A stretch of DNA of 53,211 nt from an uncultured bacterium (GTDB taxonomy: Bacteria; Patescibacteriota; Patescibacteriia; Magasanikbacterales; UBA922). Positions within the stretch are counted from its first letter, which is position 1, and each line of letters begins with the position of its first letter. The position numbers were made by a program, and so were the translations under genes. Below are positions 53,020 through 53,211 of the stretch, in pieces. The notes under the pieces are model-generated. The model searched no databases, had not been told where the DNA came from, and saw only the letters and a list, made by a program, of their open reading frames with translations. The stretch lies in contig CALMAY010000039.1 in assembly GCA_937861125.1 (NCBI GenBank), forward strand, positions 1 through 53,211, in the 5' to 3' direction.

Positions 53020-53211
53020 CGGTTTGGCAGGGGAAAATGTGAGAAAATCAAGAGAAAGTACACGTTAGTGTGCACTTGGTGTATTTGAGGTTGAAGAGAG
53101 GTTTTTGTGCTGTATGCACGTTAATTTCTTCTGGTAACACACACGATTTTGTATATTTCTCAGCATGTTGCTGCTCAATTCCGGAGACGTCCGTTTGCGA
53201 ATGAATTATGG

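Noticed and set aside
53020-53211. Possible 3' end of a minus-strand gene or an rny promoter at the right window edge
   Set aside because: Only very short open frames are present, with no convincing promoter hexamers or motifs. The sequence is too short to support a call.

Overview
A 53.2-kb bacterial window. Most of it is low-GC: I counted 26/60 G+C in nt 3001-3060, and many lines are lower. Genes are compact and mostly lack Shine-Dalgarno sequences. Many sit a few to ~40 nt downstream of near-consensus TTGACA-N17-(TGn)TATACT promoters. The gene content is Patescibacteria/CPR-like: an ECF sigma factor with a DUF5667-type partner, small excisionase-type HTH genes, a GxxExxY gene, RNase Y, HU and PilT. 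That placement is inference only.

(1) Nt ~1.7-46.7 kb is one very large cell-surface glycan/glycoprotein region.
- Transferases: 8 clear and 2 probable glycosyltransferases (GT4/GT2), plus a WbaP-type initiating phosphoglycosyltransferase.
- Assembly and export: two Wzy_C/O-antigen-ligase-like membrane proteins (one fused to TPRs) and a Wzx-like flippase.
- Nucleotide-sugar enzymes: GDP-fucose (gmd, fcl), UDP-GlcA (ugd), UDP-xylose (uxs), and a UDP-HexNAc-uronate pair.
- Modification enzymes: methyltransferases, a PIG-L deacetylase and WbqC.
- Interleaved secreted or surface proteins: a 1273-aa Ser/Thr-rich protein, a DUF11-like protein, a thrombospondin type-3 (TSP3)-repeat protein, an S8 protease and an FG-GAP protein.

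(2) The right end is housekeeping: a YtxH-like protein, pilT, a class B PBP, a hydrolase, tRNA-Met(CAU), tRNA-Glu(CUC), HU and RNase Y.

(3) Anomalies:
- Two sharply high-GC segments (nt 1-~1080 and ~8880-10780; 47/60 and 39/60 G+C in sampled lines). They encode a collagen-like/TSP3 protein and a Cys/Asp-rich lipoprotein. They look foreign, either from very recent transfer or from chimeric assembly.
- A GxxExxY nuclease-fold gene enclosed by perfect 37-bp inverted repeats, with a consensus promoter firing into the repeat.
- A four-copy GGNYACAA-containing motif around the sigma-factor module.
- Phased GATC triplets.
- A structured ~390-nt leader upstream of the giant surface protein.

No CRISPR array, rRNA, integrase or transposase was seen.
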